From a virus: a stretch of 64,000 nt of DNA. How positions within the stretch are numbered: the stretch's first letter is position 1; each line of letters starts with the position of its first letter. This document shows, piece after piece, positions 19,712-28,888 of this stretch. The notes under the pieces are model-generated. The model ran no database searches. It worked only from the letters and a program-made list of their open reading frames with translations, and had not been told where the DNA came from. The stretch is taken from IMG/VR virus record IMGVR_UViG_3300024319_000005, positions 1-64,000 of that record; one strand, 5' to 3'. A program made the translations under genes and the position numbers.

Positions 19712-20792
19712 GATATTCTGTGCTTTTTAATTGGGATCTTTTATCAAATACAACTAAGTTTCCTTTTCTAGTATCTATATGTATATGTGAGTTGTACAAT
19801 CCTATACCTGTAATACCAGAACTTTTAATAATTTTTATAATATAAGCTTTGTTAACTACATCACTAACAAAGTTCTCGTGCGCTATTCTACTAATAAAAG
19901 AAATATCAATAGCTCTACCAGCTAAATGCTGGCTATACTTTGCTCCTCCTGCTTTATCATTACATTTTCTGTATCTATATGAAGAGTTAATTAGTATAGA
20001 GCTTCCATAAACAGCTCTGAGCTTTTGTGCAAAAATTATAAGTTTATTATCAAGTCTATGTTTATTTAACCCTACACATTTAGAAAAGAATTCAGATATA
20101 TGAAAGTTATTAGTTATAAAATAGTTATCAGTTTTATTTATTTCTATGAATTTATTAGGACCAAAATTAAGACCAAAAAATATTCTTTCATCAAATGTCC
20201 AACCCATGTTAGCTCTATAAAAAGGAGCCATCATACTATTAGGGTCGTCGCTATGATTTAAACCAAAAATATGACCCATTTCATGAGCAGTAATATTGCT
20301 TATGTTTTTAATGTTTTTATAATAAATCATTAAACTATCAGGAGTATTTTTTCCTGGGGGCATGTCGTAGTTATCAAAAGTAATATGTTGTATCTTACTT
20401 GTATCACAATTGGGGTATGTAGCTCTTGCTAAAGTGCCATCTATCCCATCCATGTACTCGTATTTAATTACTAAATCTAATTTTTTTGAAGTACTAGAGC
20501 TTGGTAATTCTTGAACATATTTATTAGCAAGTATAGCTGTTTTTTTTATAGCTAAATCTATATCTTTTTTCACTAAATTAAAACCATCTACTGGAGACTG
20601 ATTTGAATGTTTATAAAATATAGTGTCTATTGCTTTAAAACTACACATTGCCTGTCTGAATTGGTCTTCAGATTCTATAGGGGAGTTATGTAGTACAGTT
20701 GCTACCGCCATCATTTGCCTGTGCTTTATACTTTGACCATTGCAACAGTAGGATAAAGCTATGCAAATAAATAAAAAAATAATATTTTTCAT
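19692..20792 (-). CDS. Matrixin (M10) metalloprotease fused to peptidase M15 endolysin domain, with signal peptide
   Basis: GTLARA...HEMGHIFGLNHS...SMMAP (metzincin motif with Met-turn), then SEF...NSSYR...SQHLAGRAID...HIHIDTR (M15). Confidence 0.85.
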   Translation of the reverse strand: MKNIIFLFICIALSYCCNGQSIKHRQMMAVATVLHNSPIESEDQFRQAMCSFKAIDTIFYKHSNQSPVDGFNLVKKDIDLAIKKTAILANKYVQELPSSSTSKKLDLVIKYEYMDGIDGTLARATYPNCDTSKIQHITFDNYDMPPGKNTPDSLMIYYKNIKNISNITAHEMGHIFGLNHSDDPNSMMAPFYRANMGWTFDERIFFGLNFGPNKFIEINKTDNYFITNNFHISEFFSKCVGLNKHRLDNKLIIFAQKLRAVYGSSILINSSYRYRKCNDKAGGAKYSQHLAGRAIDISFISRIAHENFVSDVVNKAYIIKIIKSSGITGIGLYNSHIHIDTRKGNLVVFDKRSQLKSTEYHGECQH

Positions 20793-20815
20793 GTCATGTT
20801 AAATTGTTATTATTA

Positions 20816-22948
20816 TTAAAAATATTGAGTCCATACTATTTGTATTTCCTCTGTAGCAGAATCACAATTAGTTGCTGTTACTGTAAAGTCACGCATAGAA
20901 ATATTTGCACTATTACAACCCATAACAACACCAGTATTACCTATTTGTATATCAATTTCATACTCATCTTCGCTAAGTATAGTTGTTGATCCTACAGTAT
21001 CAGTTACAGTCCAAGTTACTGGAATGTCTGAGGTAATAACTGCATGCTCAATCTCAGGTGTACAATCCCCACTACCGGCTTTAAATCTGTAATCTTCACC
21101 TCTATTTCCAAAGCAAATAGGTTCGTCACATAAATCAGCAAGGTTAGTAATTGTTATAGTTGGAGTGACAGGTATACAACAATCTGCCTCTCTAAGGTAA
21201 ATGTTTCCACTATTGCTACCACTAGTTATACTATCTATAAAACCATTAAAATTATATATTTTTAAATAAATACCACTACTATCTGTTTCTATTACTTCTA
21301 TAGAAGCGGCAGCACTACATCCGTTAGCTAGTAAGTATGCTAATAATGCATCTTGATTAACTTGGTCAGTAATTGAAGATAAAGGTGCATAGTAGATTTC
21401 ATTTGTTCCTGCTATTGTTACTCCAAAGTTAGTTGCTGACTCTTCTATAAAAAACATTTGACAATCTACTGTAGCGTCAGTTATACAACATCCACAATTT
21501 TCATATTGAGTTTGAGTTATAGTTGTTACATACTGTTCTCCATTAGAATCAGTTTGTCCTGTAATAGTACAACCACTTGCTGATTCTATTGTATTAACTT
21601 GCCAGCTTAGTCCTATTAAATCTCCATCTGCAAAGTCACATATGTCTATTGGTATATCAAAATTGTTTACTGTAGTGTTACCATCAACCGTAAATGTTTG
21701 ATCAATATTTCCAGTAATATAAGATACATTATTTACATATACAGTATAATCTAAATCTATATCTACTGTAGTGTCTACACACTCACAAGAAGCATCTGTT
21801 AAACTTGTTATTCCTATATTTAAATTAGTACAAGTTAAAGTTTCAGGTACTCCTGAACCGCTAATTTGAAAGTTAATTGATGGATCACAACAGTCTTCAT
21901 TATCAAAAGTTAATATAGTAGGCTGCCCACAAGTAAATCCATTTGTTCCTGTTGGTGTCCACTCTACTTGAAACAATACTTCTGATCCATCTGTAGCATT
22001 CCAAGTAGTAGTAGTTTCTAAAGGTAAGAAAGGACCAGTAGATAGTAAATCTTTGTAAAATATTTGCAAAGTACTCCCTGGTAAATTACAATAAAAGGAA
22101 TCAGTAACCATTTCATATATTGCTGTTGTTCCTCCATTTTGTGTGTTAGTACCGTTACAAGCTGCAGATATCATATTTAGCAAACCACTAGGCATATTAT
22201 CATAAAGATTTAATGAAGTTTCACAAGCTTCTACAGTTTCACTATAATCACCTATAATAGGTGATATAATTAATTTTTGTGTTATTTCAACTCCACACCC
22301 TGGGTCATTATTAATAACCCATCTAGCTATAGTTAATTCTCCACAAGTTTGTTTATCATCTGCTATTCCATTAGTAGTAAGATTTCCTGGTATATTTAAT
22401 GTACTAAAATATAAAAAGAAAACTCGAAAAGATGATGAAGTATAAGCAAGAACTGACCCTGCAATAGGATATGATATTTCTATAGCCCCCCCTGGAGCTA
22501 TAGGTATAGTATTTCCATCGCACCCTCCAATAATAGTATCTAAATCTATATTTTGAGTTCCAAAATTACCACTGTCTACAAAACTACCATCAGAGTACAT
22601 CCAACTATAATCAGAATCTCCTTGTTCTGTTCCATCTCTACATACATATATATCTTCAGCAGGTCCAATCTCTGTAGATGTATCATATATTTCTATACTT
22701 GCTTCTACAGGAGCTGTACAATCCCCATTTTCTACTATATATTCAAAAGTATATATACCTGGAGTTAAACAACTAGAAAGAGTTGCATAAGTAAAAGTAT
22801 CCCCTGTATAGTCTACTGAGTCTAAACAACCCTGATCAGTTGAATCTATAGTAAAAGTTACACCTCCTGTAGGTTGAGATACTTGAGTCCAAGTACCTCC
22901 TGGAGTATAGCCAGGGTCTAATAAACTACTTAAACAAAATTGCGCCAT
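20816..22948 (-). CDS. Cys-rich Ig-like repeat structural protein (putative filament tip/cap)
   Basis: 710 aa with GGTW...PGIYTFEY repeats like flavobacterial surface adhesins; no signal peptide. Confidence 0.55.
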   Translation of the reverse strand: MAQFCLSSLLDPGYTPGGTWTQVSQPTGGVTFTIDSTDQGCLDSVDYTGDTFTYATLSSCLTPGIYTFEYIVENGDCTAPVEASIEIYDTSTEIGPAEDIYVCRDGTEQGDSDYSWMYSDGSFVDSGNFGTQNIDLDTIIGGCDGNTIPIAPGGAIEISYPIAGSVLAYTSSSFRVFFLYFSTLNIPGNLTTNGIADDKQTCGELTIARWVINNDPGCGVEITQKLIISPIIGDYSETVEACETSLNLYDNMPSGLLNMISAACNGTNTQNGGTTAIYEMVTDSFYCNLPGSTLQIFYKDLLSTGPFLPLETTTTWNATDGSEVLFQVEWTPTGTNGFTCGQPTILTFDNEDCCDPSINFQISGSGVPETLTCTNLNIGITSLTDASCECVDTTVDIDLDYTVYVNNVSYITGNIDQTFTVDGNTTVNNFDIPIDICDFADGDLIGLSWQVNTIESASGCTITGQTDSNGEQYVTTITQTQYENCGCCITDATVDCQMFFIEESATNFGVTIAGTNEIYYAPLSSITDQVNQDALLAYLLANGCSAAASIEVIETDSSGIYLKIYNFNGFIDSITSGSNSGNIYLREADCCIPVTPTITITNLADLCDEPICFGNRGEDYRFKAGSGDCTPEIEHAVITSDIPVTWTVTDTVGSTTILSEDEYEIDIQIGNTGVVMGCNSANISMRDFTVTATNCDSATEEIQIVWTQYF

Positions 22949-22980
22949 TGTATTTTTTTTATTATTAAATAATTAAACTG

Positions 22981-23036
22981 AAAAAAATAGTTATATCCTT
23001 AGAGTAAGTTACGTTATACTCTAAGGATATAAACTA
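22981..23036 (-). terminator. Intrinsic terminator
   Basis: Inverted repeat tatatccttagagta / tactctaaggatata plus T7 on the minus strand. Confidence 0.8.
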
Positions 23037-23047
23037 ATGTGTAACTT

Positions 23048-23770
23048 TTAGTTACAAACTGCTAATGAAGTTGCAGTACCTGCTACTAATGCTGCTGTAA
23101 TTTCAAGAATAAATGAAATTACTTGTGTACAATCAGCACAAGATTCATCTACAGTATGGTGCCCACCAGCAACTGATAATGTGTAAGTTACAGTAAAACT
23201 ACCAACTACGGCAGGAGTAGTAAAAGTAATAACACCTGTTGATTGATCTAATGTACCTGGGTTGCCTCCTATTGCCCATGTACCTCCAGATATATAATTA
23301 CCTATTTCGGCAGTAAGATCATAATCTACAGGAAGAGTTGCTTCACAAAAAGTAAGATCCGAAGTAGGTGCTGTCATATTTGGACTATCAACTACTTCTA
23401 TTTCAAAACAAGTAGTATCTCCACATTCAGTTGGAGTAATTAACTCACCATCTTCTGGATTATTATCTCCTACAATATATGCAAAACCATAAAACCCTGC
23501 TGATGCTCCTCCAAAATCAATAGTTTCTTCATCAGGTTCTAGTTTTATTTGAGGATTTACACTAAAGAGTGTACCAGGAATTTCAGTATAGGGGTTACTA
23601 GTATCTATTGGAGCTATTGCAAAGTGATCTTGAATTCCAAAACAAGTACTATCTTCACCATTTGCAGGTACTTGACTACCTGTACTAGTACTCACGTATC
23701 CTAAGTATACAAAATACCCTCCTGTAGATTGATTAGTTAATTGATCATTTAAATTTATTGAACAAGCCAT
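23048..23770 (-). CDS. Cys-rich two-domain Ig-like structural protein (putative polymerising shaft subunit)
   Basis: 240 aa; starts MACSINL, ends AGTATSLAVCN. Confidence 0.55.
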   Translation of the reverse strand: MACSINLNDQLTNQSTGGYFVYLGYVSTSTGSQVPANGEDSTCFGIQDHFAIAPIDTSNPYTEIPGTLFSVNPQIKLEPDEETIDFGGASAGFYGFAYIVGDNNPEDGELITPTECGDTTCFEIEVVDSPNMTAPTSDLTFCEATLPVDYDLTAEIGNYISGGTWAIGGNPGTLDQSTGVITFTTPAVVGSFTVTYTLSVAGGHHTVDESCADCTQVISFILEITAALVAGTATSLAVCN

Positions 23771-23803
23771 TTTAATTTATTTTATTATTAATTTTTAAAA
23801 AAG

Positions 23804-26800
23804 TTAAGAACATACCATTTGAGAACTTCCATTCCCTGCAGATACTGCTTCTGTAATTATTATTGTTATTGTTTCTGCTGCCCCTCCGCAAGATACACAA
23901 CCGTCAAAAATTGGGTATATATTATTTGGAGTAGAAACAGAATATGTAAATGTATATGTGCCAACTGGCATACTATCTGTATTAAATGTAGCTACGTCAC
24001 CTAAAATAAATAATCCTGGGTTACAGTTATTAAAAGCTATTGTGTAATCTCCACCTGCTGACCATACTCCACCTGCGTCTTCTCCTACAAGTAAATCTCT
24101 TAGTATAAGACACTCTGGCTCTATTTCACAAACAAATTGTGTACCTATATCATTACCTGCAGTTCCTGCTGATACAACTTGTACTACTGTCTGTGAAATA
24201 GAAGTACAACCGTCTACAGTAACTTTATTACTAAAAAAGTAAAATCCTACAGCTGCTCCTTCAAAGGTATAAGATGGACCAGAAATATCTCCTGGTGTTA
24301 AAGTAGGTTCTACACCTCCCCAGCCTCCTGTACCAGGAGTACCTATAGCTACTGTTGAAAATCCATCATAACAGAAAATACCTATAACGCTAGTGTTAGG
24401 TGTAAACATGTCAGGATAAACATCTACTACACAAGCTCCATCGTTACAAACAGCTCCTGGTTGAGGTACTCCTGATCCTGGTAAAGGGGTTACAGTAATT
24501 GTTATTGTAGCATCTGTATTACATGCTGAACAAGTACCATCTGTTCCTGTTACAGTAGAAGTAAATGTAAATACCCATTGTCCTGGTACTGTAGGATTAA
24601 AGTCTCCTGTAGTTAAATTATAATCAGGAATTCCTTCTCCCGCAAGATTTTCACTTATTAATACTAAAGATGTAAAATTATTGTCTAAACAATTAGAACC
24701 TCCGTTTATTTCATTAAAAATATTAAACTCAGGATCTGTATTACACTTTACTATTGTAGTATCTGTTATTACACAAGAAGCTTGATATATGTTTACTTCA
24801 AAGTCTACTTCTTTAGGACAAGCATCTCCGTAGAAAGCTCTAAATAAGTAAGTACCTAATGGTGCTTTACCGTTATCCCAAAGTGCAATACCTTCTGGTA
24901 AAAATGACCCTGCATTAAGCAGCATCTCAGATCCATTTATGTTTAAAAATATTGGAGTATAAGGTGCAGTTAATAGCTGTATTTTACTACCTGCAGGCAA
25001 TCCCATTTCAGTATATAAATCATACTCACACCCTGTAGTTGCAGTATTATTAACAATAACAGGATTTGTAGTACAGCTTGCATCTAATGCAGGATCTGGA
25101 CCATATGAGCAGTATACTAAGCATTGTGTAGGTACATCAACAGGTTCTTCTTGTATGTCTACTGTAAGTATAAAAGTATTACTACATCCTGTTTCATTGT
25201 ATATACCTGGGTTAGTTATGTTATATCTAAAGCTATAAGCTCCTGGAGTAACATCTGCAATTATAGTTACACCGTCAGGATTTAGTACATTAGTTTGATT
25301 TAAATCTGTCCAAGTACCTCCAGTTACATTAGCTAATGTATTTAGATTAATAGTATTAGCATCTGTAACACATATACTAGTGTCTAAATCTACAGATTGC
25401 TCTGAAGCAATAACTTCTATATTAACTGTAGTAAATGCATTACAAGGTCCTGACTCTCCAAATTGAAAAGTATAAATACCTGCATTATTAAATACAACAT
25501 TAGGATTACCTATAATATCTCCTACAATAAACTCTGGTGAATTTAAAGTTCCTGGTATATCTGTAACTTCAGTAGTAAATCCTATAAATGACCAAGGTAA
25601 TAGTTCTTCTGATGTTACTAAACTGTTAAGATCTACTACATCATTTAAACAAATAGATATATTAGAAGTTGGTAAGTTAGCATCTGCTACTGTTATAATT
25701 ACATCTGCTTGGTTAGACTCTACTCCTGCTTCATTTCTTAATTTGTATTTAAGTACAGTTGTACCTACAAATCCTCCTGCTATAAAGTTAATTGAATTTC
25801 CGTTAAGTAATGTTTGTACATTAGGATATTGAGTTATTATTAACTCTGTAAATTGACCTGAATCATTTGCTGTTATATCAATGTATCCAGAACTACCATC
25901 AGAAAGCATACATACTTCATTGTCTACTGCTACTGGAGTACTGCCACATTGTGTACCTTGAAATTCAAGTCTACCTGTAGCTAATACACCATCTATTATA
26001 AGAGAGTAGTTAACAAACTCTACGTTTACTAAACCTCCACTATAAGTGTATAGTACTTCTCTATTAATAGTTAAATTAAGCTCTCCGTGTGGAGTTAACA
26101 TATTTGTGCTAGTAACTAAAGTTTGACCTAAGCTTGGTATAAAAGTAAATGAAGTCCAATCTACATTTCCTTCTACTAAATCTTCTAAGTTAATACTTAA
26201 ATTAGATAAACAAGCATCTTCACCGTCTCCTCTGTTAGAAGCTACAGATCTAAAGTTATCTCTATCTATACAATCTTGACATCCAAACGTGTGGTTGTAA
26301 GGTATTATATTAGGTATAACAGTACACTGTATAGGTTGTAGACAAAGTGTAAAGTATGTAGTATACCCTGCACAATCTTTAGCTTTCATTGGTACAACTA
26401 TAATGTTGTTACTTAAAGATATCTGGTATGTAGATATTTTAAATGAGTCTTCTGTAGTAGTTATAACTAAACCATTTTGGACTTGTAAAAACTCTACTGT
26501 AGAATAATCTATAGGCTTACTACAAGGTGTACCTAAGCTTATCGGTGAAGTAGTATAACTTGTATTTATAGCTCTTGGTTGGCATACTATGTCAAAGTTA
26601 TATTTAACTTCGTTATTAATACATATTTCAACATCTATAGTATCTTCTACTGAACATCCGTATTTATTAGTAGCTATTACTTTTAAAGGAGTAGATGTAG
26701 TAGTAATAAATGCACCATCTACATATTCAAGTTCTACTCTATCGTTTATTGATGTAGTAGTAAATATTTGAGAATCTACTATCCATTCGTAAGTAATACC

Positions 26801-27127
26801 AGCTTCATTAGTAGGAGCTTTATATGCTATAGTACATCCATTACAGTCTTCTAAAGGAGATATTCCTCCTTGAGTAAACTGTAGTTCTGCACATACATCT
26901 TCAAACACACTGTCAATTGTAGTAATACAACCGTCAGCATCTACTATCTTTAAACCTATTTCGTTAAAGTTAAGTAAGCATTCGTTGTCACAAAAATCAA
27001 AAGTTGCAGTAATAGTATTATCTAATACTACACTAGAGATAAGTGTAACACAATCAGGTAAAATCCACTCGTGAGTGAATGCTCCTGTTAAATTTTCTAA
27101 TTCATAAACTTTTGTGATATTAATCAT
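23804..27127 (-). CDS. Cys-rich multi-Ig-repeat structural protein (putative filament base)
   Basis: 1107 aa with tandem xC...L..L...GG.W...G.YTF.Y...C repeats and a cadherin-like PVAVDN...LKYKL segment. Confidence 0.6.
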   Translation of the reverse strand: MINITKVYELENLTGAFTHEWILPDCVTLISSVVLDNTITATFDFCDNECLLNFNEIGLKIVDADGCITTIDSVFEDVCAELQFTQGGISPLEDCNGCTIAYKAPTNEAGITYEWIVDSQIFTTTSINDRVELEYVDGAFITTTSTPLKVIATNKYGCSVEDTIDVEICINNEVKYNFDIVCQPRAINTSYTTSPISLGTPCSKPIDYSTVEFLQVQNGLVITTTEDSFKISTYQISLSNNIIVVPMKAKDCAGYTTYFTLCLQPIQCTVIPNIIPYNHTFGCQDCIDRDNFRSVASNRGDGEDACLSNLSINLEDLVEGNVDWTSFTFIPSLGQTLVTSTNMLTPHGELNLTINREVLYTYSGGLVNVEFVNYSLIIDGVLATGRLEFQGTQCGSTPVAVDNEVCMLSDGSSGYIDITANDSGQFTELIITQYPNVQTLLNGNSINFIAGGFVGTTVLKYKLRNEAGVESNQADVIITVADANLPTSNISICLNDVVDLNSLVTSEELLPWSFIGFTTEVTDIPGTLNSPEFIVGDIIGNPNVVFNNAGIYTFQFGESGPCNAFTTVNIEVIASEQSVDLDTSICVTDANTINLNTLANVTGGTWTDLNQTNVLNPDGVTIIADVTPGAYSFRYNITNPGIYNETGCSNTFILTVDIQEEPVDVPTQCLVYCSYGPDPALDASCTTNPVIVNNTATTGCEYDLYTEMGLPAGSKIQLLTAPYTPIFLNINGSEMLLNAGSFLPEGIALWDNGKAPLGTYLFRAFYGDACPKEVDFEVNIYQASCVITDTTIVKCNTDPEFNIFNEINGGSNCLDNNFTSLVLISENLAGEGIPDYNLTTGDFNPTVPGQWVFTFTSTVTGTDGTCSACNTDATITITVTPLPGSGVPQPGAVCNDGACVVDVYPDMFTPNTSVIGIFCYDGFSTVAIGTPGTGGWGGVEPTLTPGDISGPSYTFEGAAVGFYFFSNKVTVDGCTSISQTVVQVVSAGTAGNDIGTQFVCEIEPECLILRDLLVGEDAGGVWSAGGDYTIAFNNCNPGLFILGDVATFNTDSMPVGTYTFTYSVSTPNNIYPIFDGCVSCGGAAETITIIITEAVSAGNGSSQMVCS

Positions 27128-27362
27128 TGCACTTATTTGAAATTTCTTTGATTGTAATTTTATTCTTTATAGTTCTTTTTGTCTTTACTTCTACAGGACA
27201 TAAACTATCAACTTCTATTTTTTTACATTCTATGCCTGCACAGTTACTATTTTCTAACCAATGCTTAATGTACTTTGAGTTGTTGTTAGTACACTCCATA
27301 AGGAATTTTTTCTTCTTTATGTTGTCTACCCTATCTTTTATTATACTAGCAGTTACAGTCAT
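27120..27362 (-). CDS. Small Cys-containing hypothetical protein
   Basis: 80 aa; overlaps both neighbours. Confidence 0.55.
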   Translation of the reverse strand: MTVTASIIKDRVDNIKKKKFLMECTNNNSKYIKHWLENSNCAGIECKKIEVDSLCPVEVKTKRTIKNKITIKEISNKCND

Positions 27363-28842
27363 CGTTTACAAGATTATAGGATTTTAAAATATTATTAAGC
27401 TCTTGATATAATACACATGCAGACTCACACTCGCAGTCTATACACTCGTGTATTGACTTTAGAGCTTCATATAACAATATAGCTTCTTCTAGTTTATCTA
27501 AATCTGTTAACTTAGCTATTTTACATTGTAAGTCTAAATCTACAAATACGCAGTAAGAATCTGTTATAACTTGAGTTTGGGTTTCTGTAGTTAATGTAAA
27601 GTTATATACTCCATTTGTAATAATACCCAAGTACTCTGGCTTTAATCTTAATCCATTACCTACAAACTCTATTAAATCTGCGTTGTACTCTCCTTCAAAG
27701 TAATTTAACTGATCACATTGGAAATAATAATTTTCATTATCTACTTCTAGTTTAAAAGGTACAAAGTCAATGTCTTTAAACGTAAGAGCTATTAGATTGT
27801 CTTCTAGTATAGCTTCTACAGACCCTGTAGTTAATAGTGCAGTTATAGAACTAGCTATTGTTAGTGCATCTATTTTTAAAGAAGATGTAAGTATAGGGCT
27901 TGTAAAACTATTTGTATTATTATACCCAGTAAGAGAGTTTATAAACCCTGTTGTAGGTATTTTTACAGTATAATTACATGATGTAATATCTTCTGCATAT
28001 CCTATGCAATTAGGAAAAGACCCTGTAGTAGTAGTGTTAATACTATACTTAACATATAAGATAGGGTTATCTGTTCCATTAATAATTAAATCATTTCCTT
28101 CATATTCAAATGAATATCTAGTATCATTTAAAAACTCTATTAACCCTACTTGTGCAGTTTCAATAGAAGCTGTATTAAATATAGTAGGAGGAGTATATGT
28201 ACCATTAGCTGTAACAAAAGAAGATATTGCTACATTAGCAGGAAGTATAAACTTATTTTTATTACATTTAATTCCTAAAAAACACTCAGCAGTTACATCT
28301 ACATAACATGTTTCATTATTAGCTAAAATAAAACTTTCAAATACTACGTTAGTAGGTAAGTTACTAATTTTAATTTCTACTTTTAAAAACCCACTTGTAC
28401 TTAACTCAGCATTTATTACTGTATTAGCTATAATACCTTTATTAGTAAAGTAAGAGTCAATATCTGTTTTTAATAAAGCTACATCACTTTCATTTGTCAT
28501 AAGGTATGACTTTGAAAGAATGTTTGTAGATTCACCATCTATAAATAGTTTAACTTCTACTACATTACTATAGTAAACTGATAAAGGAGTAGATTCACAG
28601 TTATCTGTAACTTTACCGCCTGACCCTGGAGTAGGTGAACAACTAGATTGTTCATCATAGTTTTGGTAACTTGCAACGTATATACAAGTTGGGTCAAACT
28701 CAAGGTTAAACTTCTGTGAAGCAATAGGAGTACAACAGTTTTTCTGTCCTTCTATACTCATAGACAATAACTCTTTAGAGTTAAATATCTTAGAGACGTA
28801 CTCATTTTCAATTTCAATATAATTTGATGTGTAATTTAACAT
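27346..28842 (-). CDS. Structural protein (possible tail hub/fibre adaptor)
   Basis: 498 aa with GVYNFTLT, a helical Cys-rich C-terminus and a terminal CNC. Confidence 0.4.
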   Translation of the reverse strand: MLNYTSNYIEIENEYVSKIFNSKELLSMSIEGQKNCCTPIASQKFNLEFDPTCIYVASYQNYDEQSSCSPTPGSGGKVTDNCESTPLSVYYSNVVEVKLFIDGESTNILSKSYLMTNESDVALLKTDIDSYFTNKGIIANTVINAELSTSGFLKVEIKISNLPTNVVFESFILANNETCYVDVTAECFLGIKCNKNKFILPANVAISSFVTANGTYTPPTIFNTASIETAQVGLIEFLNDTRYSFEYEGNDLIINGTDNPILYVKYSINTTTTGSFPNCIGYAEDITSCNYTVKIPTTGFINSLTGYNNTNSFTSPILTSSLKIDALTIASSITALLTTGSVEAILEDNLIALTFKDIDFVPFKLEVDNENYYFQCDQLNYFEGEYNADLIEFVGNGLRLKPEYLGIITNGVYNFTLTTETQTQVITDSYCVFVDLDLQCKIAKLTDLDKLEEAILLYEALKSIHECIDCECESACVLYQELNNILKSYNLVNDDCNC

Positions 28843-28888
28843 ACTACTTTTTTAATAGTTTATACTATAACTTGTTTTAATCAAAAGG

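Noticed and set aside
22949-23803. Readthrough fusion of the three split-Ig genes (spacers are 33 and 99 nt)
   Set aside because: Both spacers contain further in-frame stops and one holds a terminator, so separate proteins are more plausible
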